Origin: a virus
Strand: one strand, 5' to 3'
Virus record (IMG/VR): IMGVR_UViG_3300045988_102840
Span: 1-61,582 of that record
Length of the DNA stretch: 61,582 nucleotides
The translations under genes and the position numbers were made by a program. Below are positions 14,963 to 24,275 of this stretch, piece after piece (position 1 is the stretch's first letter; each line of letters begins with the position of its first letter). The notes below the pieces were generated by a model. The model saw only the letters and a program-made list of their open reading frames with translations. It was not told the origin of the DNA and did not search any database.

Positions 14963-15379
14963 ATGAAAACAATAAAGCAGCAATCAGAAGAGTATGCGTT
15001 GAAATATCCTTCCGAAATCCGAAATGAAATAGCGAAAGCATGGATAGACGGGAGAAACTCAATAAGGAAGAAAGAGGTACTTGACCTCTATTTCGTAGAG
15101 GAAGAATACAAGGATATATTCATATACTGGCTCAACTACAAAAAAGAGAGGGGGCAGCCATACAAGCAGACCGGAGCAGAGGCATGTTACCGGAAGCTAT
15201 TAACTCTTTCGGGAGGTGACAAGCAGATGATGATTGCAATAATAGAGCAAAGCATGAGTAATAATTACCAAGGGTTATTTCCACTAAAAGACAATGGGAA
15301 CAGAAATCACACTAACAAGCAAGGAAATAGCGGTTCTATCTTCCAGGCAGCTGATTGCTATCTGCAAGAACATCAGTAA
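14963..15379 (+). CDS. hypothetical protein (138 aa)
   Basis: ORF track. The last 86 nt overlap the next ORF in another frame. Confidence 0.5.
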   Translation: MKTIKQQSEEYALKYPSEIRNEIAKAWIDGRNSIRKKEVLDLYFVEEEYKDIFIYWLNYKKERGQPYKQTGAEACYRKLLTLSGGDKQMMIAIIEQSMSNNYQGLFPLKDNGNRNHTNKQGNSGSIFQAADCYLQEHQ

Positions 15380-15938
15380 TGAGATAACTTCCATAAGCCA
15401 AGCGATAAACGCACCTCCCATACAATTATCACAATGGAGGAAAGATAACGAAACCTGCATAAAGGCGGTTCTTGTAAAGTTCATAGAAGGTACTCTGTTG
15501 TTTTACGGCCGTAGCCGCGAGGATATGAATGACTATCAAGTAGCATCCATTGTAAACTCTATCCTTGACAAGTATTATTATTTCAGAATTGAGGACGTTT
15601 GCCTTTGTTTTAAACGGGCAAGGGAAAACTCATCATACGGTGGATTTTACGGCAAAATAGACGGTTCTGTCATCATGAGCTGGTTTGCCACTTACGATAA
15701 GGAGCGGGATGAAGTGATACACTCAATGCCGGAAGAAAAAATTAATGTTTTTACTGGAGAAGAGTATAGCCGGGAAGAGTACATTGAGATGTTGAAAGCT
15801 AAGATAGCCGGTGGAGACCTGTACGCAAACGAAGCATTGCGGCGTGTTGGTACATTCGAGCGTATAATGTTTGATAGACGTGGAGAGTACGCCAGTTGTA
15901 AGTATTGGCGAAAACATAAATTTGACAATAAAGTATGA
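15294..15938 (+). CDS. hypothetical protein with N-terminal HTH-like segment (214 aa)
   Basis: ORF track. LSSRQLIAICKNISNEITSISQAINAPPIQLSQWRK looks like an HTH. Confidence 0.55.
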   Translation: MGTEITLTSKEIAVLSSRQLIAICKNISNEITSISQAINAPPIQLSQWRKDNETCIKAVLVKFIEGTLLFYGRSREDMNDYQVASIVNSILDKYYYFRIEDVCLCFKRARENSSYGGFYGKIDGSVIMSWFATYDKERDEVIHSMPEEKINVFTGEEYSREEYIEMLKAKIAGGDLYANEALRRVGTFERIMFDRRGEYASCKYWRKHKFDNKV

Positions 15939-16126
15939 GACTTACAATATGTTGGACGACAAGAGGCAGGCAAAGACGCTTTTACTATGATATATGCAAA
16001 AAGTTTGGCATATCGGATTACATGAGTGTTAATCATGAGACGCCATGCGATATAAGGGATGAAGATATGGAACTGTTGAAGGAATGCGAAAAACGAGGGT
16101 TTATCCAAATAAGAAACAAACGGTAA
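15935..16126 (+). CDS. hypothetical protein (63 aa)
   Basis: ORF track. The start overlaps the upstream stop (ATGA). Confidence 0.45.
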   Translation: MRLTICWTTRGRQRRFYYDICKKFGISDYMSVNHETPCDIRDEDMELLKECEKRGFIQIRNKR

Positions 16127-16132
16127 ATAATC

Positions 16133-16300
16133 ATGGACATAGAGATTGAAAAGAAAATCGAACAATTGGAGTGGCAGCGTGACAATGCAATGCGCATACG
16201 CTGCCCGTTGGTGGCAAGGAAGTATCAGCGCATGATTGATGAACTTGCAAAAGAGAGCAGAAACAAGAATATGAACAAGGCAGAACACGCAAGGCAATGA
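16133..16300 (+). CDS. hypothetical 55-aa protein
   Basis: Read by hand: MDIEIEKKIEQLEWQRDNAMRIRCPLVARKYQRMIDELAKESRNKNMNKAEHARQ. Its stop overlaps the ATG of 16297. Confidence 0.5.
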   Translation: MDIEIEKKIEQLEWQRDNAMRIRCPLVARKYQRMIDELAKESRNKNMNKAEHARQ

Positions 16301-16929
16301 CCACCGACACGGCAAATCAGATAATCAGCAAATATGAGAGTCTTGTAGTTCTGTGCACCTACAACATTCTGTTCACGAACGACATCTGTTGCGGGCAGGT
16401 TATCGAGTGCCTGCATGCGATGAAGAGAACGCCTTATTACAAACAGGCATTCAAGCGGTATTTGAATGATGCCGATAAGGCAAGAAAGGAATACGAGCGT
16501 ACTGTAAACAGCGTTATCGGTTCAGACCGGAGCGAGTTTTTCGCCGACTGCAACGACAAGTATACGGAAGAAGTGAACAAGCACGTGGATATGTTGTATT
16601 GGCAGTTCAAGCAGGTTCTCGACGATAACGGCATATCCCATTCCGCAGAGATTGCAAGGTTCGAACTTGCAAGGACATTGTGTGATTACGCCTGCATCCA
16701 GTTTGATGAAAGGATTAAAGAGCTTCGGAAGAAAGATTCACGGTTCAACGGGTTTACGTTGGAATACCTGAAGCTTTCAAATGTGGCAAGGATGATGAAC
16801 CTTGCTTCCGATAGTTTGAAAATCGGGAAAACAGTCAATATGAACACAGAGCGGTGTACAGCAGCGTTTGATGTGCTGGTAAGAAAGCTGTCGGATGCGG
16901 ATAATATTGCCAACGCGATAAAAGTTTAG
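16297..16929 (+). CDS. hypothetical protein (210 aa)
   Basis: ORF track, with protein-like helical composition. Confidence 0.6.
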   Translation: MTTDTANQIISKYESLVVLCTYNILFTNDICCGQVIECLHAMKRTPYYKQAFKRYLNDADKARKEYERTVNSVIGSDRSEFFADCNDKYTEEVNKHVDMLYWQFKQVLDDNGISHSAEIARFELARTLCDYACIQFDERIKELRKKDSRFNGFTLEYLKLSNVARMMNLASDSLKIGKTVNMNTERCTAAFDVLVRKLSDADNIANAIKV

Positions 16930-17082
16930 TGAAATGAAACCTATTTATAACCTTATATTCCTCCTCATGGACTGGCTTTCGGTAGAGGTTGGAGCGAATG
17001 AAGAGTGGTTCTGAACAAAGACATCATGGTGCAAAATGTGTGTTTCGGAAGACAATCGGGAACGGAATAAAAGAAAAGATAT

Positions 17083-18006
17083 ATGAATATAGGAATATTA
17101 GCAGTTGACAGCAATTACCCTAATCTTGCGTTGATGAAGATAAGTGCATATCACAAGAAGAAGGGCGACATCGTGGATTGGTACAATCCATTTAACCATT
17201 ACGATAAACTCTATATGGCTAAGGTTTTCAGCTTCACCGAGGATTACAGACAATGGGTAACCAATGCCGACATTATAGAGAAAGGCGGTACCGGATATGA
17301 CATCAGCAAGACATTGCCTACAGAGGTTGACCGGATGCAGCCCGACTATTCTCTTTATCCGCAGATAGATTCCAAAACTGCATACGGATTCCTTACTCGC
17401 GGATGCCCTAATCACTGTAAGTGGTGTGTGGTTTCCAAGAAAGAAGGTAATATTATGCCATACATGGATATTGAAGAGATAGCGGTTAACGGAAGAAAGA
17501 ATATCATCCTTATGGATAATAATGTACTCGCATCTGACTATGGTTTACAGCAGATAGAAAAGATTGTCAAGCTGAAACTGCATGTAGATTTCAATCAAGG
17601 GCTGGATGCCCGATTGGTTACTGATGATATTGCAAAGCTGCTTGCTAAGGTCAAATGGATAAAGCGTATTCGGTTTGGGTGTGATACACCAGGACAGATT
17701 GCCGAGTGTGAGCGTGCTACAGCATTAATTGATAAGTACGGCTATAAAGGTGAATACTTCTTTTACTGCATCCTACTTCATGACTTTAAAGAATCATTCG
17801 AGCGCATCAATCATTGGCGAAATAGAGGGAGTAGATTCTTGCCTCATGCACAACCGTATAGAGACTTAAACAATCCGCATCAAATCATCCCGCAATGGCA
17901 AAAAGACTTAGCCGGGTGGGCTGACAAGAAATGGGTGTTTAGGAGCTGTGAATTTAAAGACTTTATGCCACGGAAAGGATTTAAATGTGCCAAGTATTTT
18001 AATTAA
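17083..18006 (+). CDS. radical SAM superfamily protein
   Basis: TRGCPNHCKWC is a CxxxCxxC cluster motif (Cys108/112/115, nt 17404-17427). 307 aa. Confidence 0.75.
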   Translation: MNIGILAVDSNYPNLALMKISAYHKKKGDIVDWYNPFNHYDKLYMAKVFSFTEDYRQWVTNADIIEKGGTGYDISKTLPTEVDRMQPDYSLYPQIDSKTAYGFLTRGCPNHCKWCVVSKKEGNIMPYMDIEEIAVNGRKNIILMDNNVLASDYGLQQIEKIVKLKLHVDFNQGLDARLVTDDIAKLLAKVKWIKRIRFGCDTPGQIAECERATALIDKYGYKGEYFFYCILLHDFKESFERINHWRNRGSRFLPHAQPYRDLNNPHQIIPQWQKDLAGWADKKWVFRSCEFKDFMPRKGFKCAKYFN

Positions 18007-18017
18007 TTGAATATCCC

Positions 18018-18206
18018 ATGAAAACAGTTAAACTTTCCAATTTAAAAGTAGGTGACCTTTTCATCCATAAAGGAACGGTGTACGAGATTATTACAAAGAG
18101 TAAGTGGACTTCCATATGTAGGTATCTAAATGATAAATATCGCTTCGGTGGTTGGTGTCAATACTTGTATTGTGATTTTAGTAACTACACAAAAGTGGAA
18201 ATTTAA
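18018..18206 (+). CDS. hypothetical protein (62 aa)
   Basis: ORF track. Confidence 0.45.
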   Translation: MKTVKLSNLKVGDLFIHKGTVYEIITKSKWTSICRYLNDKYRFGGWCQYLYCDFSNYTKVEI

Positions 18207-18222
18207 TATTAGCAGATTGATT

Positions 18223-18591
18223 ATGAAACAGACAGTAGAAGAAGCGGCAAGGGAAGCAATTCATAAGCATTATAATTGTAATGGAACCTATCCATGTTCA
18301 GAACGTGAATATTGCGAACATTGTAACGGTCATAATACAGCATTCGATTGTTGCGAATGTGGTGCAGATGAATTTAAAGAAGGATTTATTGCCGGTGCGA
18401 ACTGGCGTATCAATAGCGTATGGCATAGTAACAATCGAACGTATAAAGCGCAAAAAACAGCTTTGGTTATATTCAAAAACGGCAAATCCAAGGTATATGA
18501 TAACCTCACTGATTTGACAATCGAAAGTCTTTGGGGTGAGGTAGATAGATTTGCTTACATCGAAGATTTACTACCTAATATGGAGGATTAA
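18223..18591 (+). CDS. hypothetical Cys-rich protein (122 aa), N-terminal paralog of 18672..19085
   Basis: ORF track gives 18130..18591. I moved the start to Met32. Both proteins begin MKQTVEEAAR. Confidence 0.55.
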   Translation: MKQTVEEAAREAIHKHYNCNGTYPCSEREYCEHCNGHNTAFDCCECGADEFKEGFIAGANWRINSVWHSNNRTYKAQKTALVIFKNGKSKVYDNLTDLTIESLWGEVDRFAYIEDLLPNMED

Positions 18592-18671
18592 ATCATGAAA
18601 CCAATTTTGCTTCAAGCAAGTTGGAAAAGATTGTGAACTACATAAATCAGAACATTCAATAAGGATAAGTT

Positions 18672-19085
18672 ATGAAACAGACAGTAGAAGAAGCAGCCCG
18701 CACTCATTGGAGTGAAAGTACATATAATAAAGATGCAGAGCTTGCCTATGATGAAAGAGACAGTATAGCTATCAAGGCATTGGCAAAATCGGTTGCATTA
18801 CGGGCTTTTAAGAAAGGTGCCGAATGGCAGGCAAAGCAATCTCCGTGGATAAGCGTTGAGGACAAGGCTGGTTGTGACACATCTGGCGATTGTATTGTAA
18901 TGGTTATGAATGGTGATATATTCAAAGCGTATTTTTCATCTGAAAACAAATGGATGAAAAGTAATGGCGGCTATTATGATGAAGTGATAGATGATGTTGT
19001 TGCATGGTTTCCCATCCCCTCTTTCGATGAGACACTCGAAGTCAACAAGGATGTACTGGAACGGATTAAAGAGAAAGAAGACTGA
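18672..19085 (+). CDS. hypothetical protein (137 aa), DUF551-like C-terminus
   Basis: It begins MKQTVEEAAR like 18223. SPWISVEDK...VVAWFPIPSFDE resembles the phage DUF551 pattern (from memory). Confidence 0.55.
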   Translation: MKQTVEEAARTHWSESTYNKDAELAYDERDSIAIKALAKSVALRAFKKGAEWQAKQSPWISVEDKAGCDTSGDCIVMVMNGDIFKAYFSSENKWMKSNGGYYDEVIDDVVAWFPIPSFDETLEVNKDVLERIKEKED

Positions 19086-19088
19086 ATT

Positions 19089-19280
19089 ATGGATAAACAA
19101 ACCAACAATATTTGCTGTGAAAAATGCAAGCATTATCTCCATGTGGTAGATAGAGAGAACCGTTCTCGCGGATATGTATGTGCTTTATGGCTGGACGGGA
19201 TAGCTGGTAGTTTGGACTGGTTCTATCCGGATGTGAAATGTTTCGAGAAAAATACAAGAGATGGAAAAGTACAGAATTAA
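19089..19280 (+). CDS. hypothetical Cys-rich protein (63 aa)
   Basis: ORF track. Contains CCEKCKHY...C...C. Confidence 0.45.
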   Translation: MDKQTNNICCEKCKHYLHVVDRENRSRGYVCALWLDGIAGSLDWFYPDVKCFEKNTRDGKVQN

Positions 19281-19455
19281 GACACATGGAGTATATGGCC
19301 ATATTTTTGACGTTCAAGTGAAAAAATGGTATGGCTGGGTACTTGTTAAGAGGTTTAAGGCGGATGTGAGTTCTAACGACACGATGATAGACAATATTTA
19401 TTACTGTGAAATACTATCCAAGGAACTTTTGGAAAAATTGGAGGAGGAATTATGA
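19261..19455 (+). CDS. hypothetical protein (64 aa), paralog of 20329..20502
   Basis: MEKYRIKTHGVYGH..VQVKKWYGW compares with MERYRIIQGHGYNG..VQVREDGFF. Confidence 0.45.
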   Translation: MEKYRIKTHGVYGHIFDVQVKKWYGWVLVKRFKADVSSNDTMIDNIYYCEILSKELLEKLEEEL

Positions 19456-19847
19456 AATCAAAACAAGTATTATCAGTCGAACAGATGGAACATTTGCAGG
19501 AGCTTGGGTTGGATACAAGCGATGGAAGCATGTGTTTCGAGTGGAATGAATCAGATGCAGACAACATGGTTGTAACCTCTCCGGATGCCGATACGAATTA
19601 CGACTATTATCATGAAACTTACACTTTGCAGGACATTCTCGATAAGCTGCCGCGATACATAAATGTCTTCTGTATAACGTATAAGCTGTGCGTTAAGCCT
19701 CTTTTTGCTTGTCCTTGGGCTATAAGTTATCAAAAAAGCATGTCTGAACCATTCATCGTTAAAGTTTCCGGAAATCTATTGGATGCAGCCTACGAGATGC
19801 TGTGCTGGTGTATTAAAAACGGATATGTTGAAAAGGAGGGTAAATAA
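19452..19847 (+). CDS. hypothetical protein (131 aa)
   Basis: ORF track, with a 4-nt start/stop overlap. Confidence 0.55.
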   Translation: MKSKQVLSVEQMEHLQELGLDTSDGSMCFEWNESDADNMVVTSPDADTNYDYYHETYTLQDILDKLPRYINVFCITYKLCVKPLFACPWAISYQKSMSEPFIVKVSGNLLDAAYEMLCWCIKNGYVEKEGK

Positions 19848-20134
19848 TGAAAGCGAGAATAAAAGAGACTGGAGAGATTGTAGAGGTTGAAGGCTTATTC
19901 GACGTTGGGACTGCCTTAGTGAAAGGTAGGTATTTCAAAGTGTCAGAACTCGACTTCTTTGATAATTTTGAAACTATTGATTGGGAGCAAAGGCGTTATG
20001 AATTGGCAAAATCCGCTATGCAAGGGTATTGTATTGCTTTAGGAATAAACGATGACAGTGAAACTTATGATGATATTGCAATAGGCTCTTTGAGGGTGGC
20101 TGATGTACTAATAAAGAAATTGAAAGGGAAATAA
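19847..20134 (+). CDS. hypothetical protein (95 aa)
   Basis: ORF track, with a TAATG junction. Confidence 0.55.
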   Translation: MKARIKETGEIVEVEGLFDVGTALVKGRYFKVSELDFFDNFETIDWEQRRYELAKSAMQGYCIALGINDDSETYDDIAIGSLRVADVLIKKLKGK

Positions 20135-20136
20135 CC

Positions 20137-20325
20137 ATGGATATAGAAGAAGCAAAAAACAAGAAAGCGAAAGCCGAAATGGAGATAGCTCATATTCTGG
20201 AAAAACTTGAAGCCGAGACAGGCATGAATGTTAATGTTATATATCCGGTACGGCAATATGCAGAGTCGAAACTAACAGTCGAACCCGCAGAGCACATAAA
20301 AGTAGATATAACTTTAACGCTATAA
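20137..20325 (+). CDS. hypothetical protein (62 aa)
   Basis: ORF track, tightly packed. Confidence 0.45.
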   Translation: MDIEEAKNKKAKAEMEIAHILEKLEAETGMNVNVIYPVRQYAESKLTVEPAEHIKVDITLTL

Positions 20326-20328
20326 ATC

Positions 20329-20502
20329 ATGGAACGATATAGGATTATACAAGGTCATGGATATAACGGTTGTATCCCTATAACAGTATATTGGGTTCAG
20401 GTACGAGAAGATGGCTTCTTTTCTGATAAATGGAGAAACATAAAAGGCTTTGATACATATAAAAGAGCGAAAGAATTACTTGAAATTTTGAAAGGGAAAT
20501 AA
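20329..20502 (+). CDS. hypothetical 57-aa protein
   Basis: Read by hand: MERYRIIQGHGYNGCIPITVYWVQVREDGFFSDKWRNIKGFDTYKRAKELLEILKGK. It fills the gap between 20325 and 20505. Confidence 0.45.
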   Translation: MERYRIIQGHGYNGCIPITVYWVQVREDGFFSDKWRNIKGFDTYKRAKELLEILKGK

Positions 20503-20504
20503 TC

Positions 20505-20702
20505 ATGGAAGTAAAGAACGGAATAATAATAGACGGAGTGCTGCATGAAGCGGTGCATGATAGTATTCATTGTGCCTCATGCTCTCTGTACGAGAAATGC
20601 GCAGAGGTGAACTACACAGCATGTATAACCGATTTGTTTAGCTGTGGCGGTTTTATCAATCGTGGCAAAGTAACAGATATTAAGATAGATAAGGAGGAAT
20701 GA
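20505..20702 (+). CDS. hypothetical Cys-containing protein (65 aa)
   Basis: ORF track. Confidence 0.45.
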   Translation: MEVKNGIIIDGVLHEAVHDSIHCASCSLYEKCAEVNYTACITDLFSCGGFINRGKVTDIKIDKEE

Positions 20703-21151
20703 CTATGGGATTTACAACACCGTGCTTTATAAGAAAAAGTACACCGGAGCTTCGGAAGAAGTTGGAGGAGTTGGGATATAGATTATTTGGGGCGGAACTT
20801 AACGAAGATTTATGTATTTTCACTGAACCCGAATACAGTCTATATAGTGTTGAGTTTTTCAGTAACATTCCACATCCTGACGAAACCGATAGTGTTGATT
20901 GCGGAACCAACGAAGAGCTTTTATTGGCTATTGCTGCATTAAGGGATGATAGTAACTATATGCAGTGGTTTATAGCAGACTCCATTCTTAGCGTTTCTTA
21001 TGACGATTCTATTGGCAACGATCATTATTTCACAGAACCCAAAGGCATTATGTTCTTTTGGGATGAAAATTGGAATCATGAAACTATTATTTCAGGACGT
21101 TATCACAAGGCTACCGTAAACGAACTGATTGAACATTTTAATAAAAGTTAA
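20699..21151 (+). CDS. hypothetical protein (150 aa)
   Basis: ORF track, with a 4-nt overlap. Confidence 0.55.
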   Translation: MTMGFTTPCFIRKSTPELRKKLEELGYRLFGAELNEDLCIFTEPEYSLYSVEFFSNIPHPDETDSVDCGTNEELLLAIAALRDDSNYMQWFIADSILSVSYDDSIGNDHYFTEPKGIMFFWDENWNHETIISGRYHKATVNELIEHFNKS

Positions 21152-21153
21152 CT

Positions 21154-21555
21154 ATGACCGAAGAACTCGTAACATTAGAGACTGCGAAGCAGCTGAAAGA
21201 GAAGGGTTTCAATTGGAAGTGTGAACACATAATAGGCTGCAATAAGGTTATTACAAAATATGACCTTCCGCAAAGTATGTCGTGTTGTACGGAAATAGAT
21301 GACGAACCAGTTGAATTTTTGTGTCCAGTATTGTATATCGCCCAAAAGTGGCTGCGTGAAATAAGAGGTGTGTATGTATATGTAGAACCTGTTATTGGAA
21401 AAAGATGGAAGCTTTCTTTTTGTGATTTCAATGTTCCAACAGAAGAAAGCGACTGGATGGAGAACGAAATAAACAAAGGGAATGGCTATAAAGTATATGT
21501 CACCTACGAGGAAGCACTGGAAGCTGGAATACAAGAAGCATTAAAACTTATATGA
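21154..21555 (+). CDS. hypothetical protein (133 aa)
   Basis: ORF track. Confidence 0.55.
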   Translation: MTEELVTLETAKQLKEKGFNWKCEHIIGCNKVITKYDLPQSMSCCTEIDDEPVEFLCPVLYIAQKWLREIRGVYVYVEPVIGKRWKLSFCDFNVPTEESDWMENEINKGNGYKVYVTYEEALEAGIQEALKLI

Positions 21556-21968
21556 GAATGGACCCTGTTGTAAATGATGCTTATAGGCTTAGAAAACTTT
21601 TAGAAAAAGCAACGGGGCTAAAAGTATATAAGTCGGAACTAATAGCCAACTATTTTAATGGCTATCTAAGTATAGTACAAGAGTATAAGAATGAAACCAA
21701 TCCGCACATTACAGTAGCACAAGGTAGCTGGTCGATAGAAAACGGTGGGGAGTATAAAATTTCACTCTATACACCTACAATCGTTATTAAAGGCAAGAGG
21801 ATACTTAATACTCGTTTTGTAAAAGATGTAGCCTATAAGATAGTGGAAGCATTAAATGATGAATTTGGGGAAGATAATTGGAATACGTGCAATGAGGAGC
21901 AAAAGTGTTGGCTTCCCATGTCTCGAAACTCTTTCTATTTACAAATCCCAAATTTTGAGAAATATTAA
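21552..21968 (+). CDS. hypothetical protein (138 aa)
   Basis: ORF track, with a 4-nt overlap. Confidence 0.55.
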   Translation: MRMDPVVNDAYRLRKLLEKATGLKVYKSELIANYFNGYLSIVQEYKNETNPHITVAQGSWSIENGGEYKISLYTPTIVIKGKRILNTRFVKDVAYKIVEALNDEFGEDNWNTCNEEQKCWLPMSRNSFYLQIPNFEKY

Positions 21969-21975
21969 AACTTAT

Positions 21976-22227
21976 ATGATTATGAAAGCAAACCTAATAT
22001 TTTTTCTTGCGATATTCATCATATCAGCATTATTCATCGGTCACTTCCGACTGACATTCTCACCGTTCAGTGTATCCTTTCTCTATTGGCATAGGACTGT
22101 AGGAGTTATTCTTATCGTTGCAGGATGCTTGGTTTACAACATAGGTGAGCATATGTCCGGCTATCAGAAAGGACTGGATGAAGGTATGGAGATTGTTTTT
22201 GAAAGAGTTAAAAAAAAGATACAATGA
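21976..22227 (+). CDS. hypothetical membrane protein (83 aa)
   Basis: ORF track gives 21856..22227. I moved the start to Met41 (MIMKANLIFFLAIFIISALF). It has two or three TM helices. Confidence 0.5.
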   Translation: MIMKANLIFFLAIFIISALFIGHFRLTFSPFSVSFLYWHRTVGVILIVAGCLVYNIGEHMSGYQKGLDEGMEIVFERVKKKIQ

Positions 22228-22871
22228 AGAAGATAATGTTCAATGATAAATATAGCCTAACCCAGGCTGTATTGGATGGTCGGAAGGCTATGACGAGAAG
22301 AGTCTGCAAGTATGACAGACCAAATGAAACTTATGATATTGTATTCCCCGTTTTTGAATCAAATGATTACGATAATGACGGGAACATAGTATCTCCATTA
22401 AATTATGCTTTTGGTTGGAAAAACGACAAAGGAGACTTTACGGGTTGGAATATTCCAAAATATAAAGTCGGTGAGGTTGTTGCCATTGCGCAAAACTATA
22501 GCGATTGTGGTAATATGCCTGATTACGAATTGGACGAAGATGGCTATCCTATAATGCCAAAGAGAAGCGGATTTTTTAATAAAATGTTTGTCCGCGCTGA
22601 CCTCATGCCCCATCATATCCGTATTACCAACATTAAAATCGAAAGATTGCAAGACATCTCCGATAAAGATTGCTTGAAAGAAGGAATTTACAAAGGACAA
22701 TGCGGAAGTGCAGATACACATTTTATGGATGCTTATTATTATAAAGGGGACATTCAGCCTTATTGCACCCCTCGTGAAGCCTTTGCCGCCCTCATAGATA
22801 AAGTCTCCGGCAAAGGTACATGGGCGTCCAATCCTTATGTTTTCGTATATGAATTTGAACTGATTGATTAA
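22224..22871 (+). CDS. ASCH-like domain protein (putative)
   Basis: LDGRKAMTRRV resembles the GxKxxExR ASCH signature. Typical phage early-region protein, 215 aa. Confidence 0.45.
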   Translation: MKKIMFNDKYSLTQAVLDGRKAMTRRVCKYDRPNETYDIVFPVFESNDYDNDGNIVSPLNYAFGWKNDKGDFTGWNIPKYKVGEVVAIAQNYSDCGNMPDYELDEDGYPIMPKRSGFFNKMFVRADLMPHHIRITNIKIERLQDISDKDCLKEGIYKGQCGSADTHFMDAYYYKGDIQPYCTPREAFAALIDKVSGKGTWASNPYVFVYEFELID

Positions 22872-22886
22872 AAACGAGAAAAGATA

Positions 22887-23306
22887 TTGATTATGAAACG
22901 TGAAATAAAATTCAGAGGGAAAAGTACTGATACGGGGAAATGGATATATGGATTTCTCTCTTTTTTCTATACTGCCGGAAGGGGCGAAAACGGACTTATC
23001 TTCACAGGCAAGGCAAAGATATATTCTCCGGAAAACTGCCGGTGCGATGACGTATGGGCTGAAACTGTTGGGCAGTTCACGGGAGTTAAATACAATGATA
23101 GAGAAATATATGAGCATGATTTGGTTGAATGCACTGGTGTACTATGTGAAGTAGTGTATAGTGATAAAATCGGTTCTTTTGTGCTATTAGAAGTTCTGTC
23201 TCAAAATCTTGGAAATAAGCCAATAGGACAAATGATAGATATGTTCGGGATTAGATATGCAGGCAATATTTACGACAGCCCGGAATTATTGAAAAAGCAA
23301 CTATGA
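22887..23306 (+). CDS. YopX-family protein
   Basis: IKFRGKS...GKWIYG...TVGQFTGVKYNDREIYEHDLV...GNIYDSPELL matches the YopX pattern. Confidence 0.75.
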   Translation: MIMKREIKFRGKSTDTGKWIYGFLSFFYTAGRGENGLIFTGKAKIYSPENCRCDDVWAETVGQFTGVKYNDREIYEHDLVECTGVLCEVVYSDKIGSFVLLEVLSQNLGNKPIGQMIDMFGIRYAGNIYDSPELLKKQL

Positions 23307-23563
23307 GTAATTTAGAACACGTCGCCACAATTGATTACTGCTACTGGAGATTAAACAAGCTCAAAGAACAGCTTTCCAAGCCTAAATCGACTATGGAGCA
23401 GTTGGTTGATAAAGCTTGCGGTTATAATGAAGTAGAAGAAGTGAGAAAGGAAGCTATGACCCTTTTGGAACAGATTGTTGAAAGTAAAAAGGCTATCGGT
23501 GTGAATTATTCGGGAGATAGCAAGTTCCTTGATAAATTAAAGAACAAAGAAACGCATGAGTAA
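23303..23563 (+). CDS. hypothetical protein (86 aa)
   Basis: ORF track, with a 4-nt overlap. Confidence 0.5.
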   Translation: MSNLEHVATIDYCYWRLNKLKEQLSKPKSTMEQLVDKACGYNEVEEVRKEAMTLLEQIVESKKAIGVNYSGDSKFLDKLKNKETHE

Positions 23564-23656
23564 ACTATACAAAGCAACCCTCTTCGGTAAATCATTCATT
23601 ATAGGATGGTTCAGTTATGCAGATAAATGGTATCATAAATTTAGTATAATAAAATA

Positions 23657-23881
23657 ATGGATATAACAGAATTAAAAATCGGTGACCGGGTGAGAATAAA
23701 ACTCCCGTCACCACAAGGAGAAAGACTTTCCATACCCATGCAGGTAATAGGGCTGCTTTCTAGTTTCAACAATCCAAGCCCTAAAGATACGGTATATCTT
23801 GACTTTGAAGGAAATGAGGGAGATATATGGGAAGAAGAAGTACAAAATTTAGTGTTTTCAGACAATGAAGAGAAGTCATGA
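23657..23881 (+). CDS. hypothetical protein (74 aa)
   Basis: ORF track. Confidence 0.5.
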   Translation: MDITELKIGDRVRIKLPSPQGERLSIPMQVIGLLSSFNNPSPKDTVYLDFEGNEGDIWEEEVQNLVFSDNEEKS

Positions 23882-24105
23882 GAAAAGCAGACAAAATAAT
23901 CAGAGACAGACATTCCCGCATCCCGGACAAATACAAGAAGATTGACACTACGGTCAACGGGGATGTAGAAAGCCTTGCCAACAACACAAGGAATTGGAAA
24001 GAAGGCTGTTCCCTCTACGCCTTAACAAGACCACCGTTATTTACGTCACAAAAGACAAACAAAATGAAGCATATGCAGCGAAAGCACGTAAACGGATGGG
24101 GATAG
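23878..24105 (+). CDS. hypothetical protein (75 aa; C-terminal part doubtful)
   Basis: ORF track. The ATGA junction couples it to 23657..23881. It overlaps 23994..24275 by 112 nt. Confidence 0.4.
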   Translation: MRKADKIIRDRHSRIPDKYKKIDTTVNGDVESLANNTRNWKEGCSLYALTRPPLFTSQKTNKMKHMQRKHVNGWG

Positions 24106-24275
24106 CAGAGCCGAAGAAACCTTTCGTTGACCCGCTTTCGGAAGAAAACATTACCAAGCTATACAAGGAAGAAAACATGCCGCCCCGCAGAATGGCTGAA
24201 ATGTTGGATGTAAGTGTAAGGACGATATATCTAAGATTGGCTAAGTATGGACTTACAAAAGTTAAATGCAGATAA
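23994..24275 (+). CDS. small HTH protein (sigma-70 region-4-like); alternative start at 24096
   Basis: ITKLYKEENMPPRRMAEMLDVSVRTIYLRLAKYGL looks like an HTH. Met35 (24096) would cut the overlap with the upstream ORF to 10 nt. Confidence 0.55.
   Translation: MERRLFPLRLNKTTVIYVTKDKQNEAYAAKARKRMGIAEPKKPFVDPLSEENITKLYKEENMPPRRMAEMLDVSVRTIYLRLAKYGLTKVKCR

Noticed and set aside
15692-16315. 207-aa minus-strand ORF in the early arm
   Set aside because: It is antisense to tightly coupled + strand genes (15294..15938, 15935..16126, 16133..16300, 16297..16929). Its composition is Cys/His/Leu-rich shadow-frame sequence.
22398-23117. 239-aa minus-strand ORF
   Set aside because: It fully overlaps the ASCH-like and YopX genes on the + strand. 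It has no motif, and its Phe/Ile-rich composition is typical of antisense frames.
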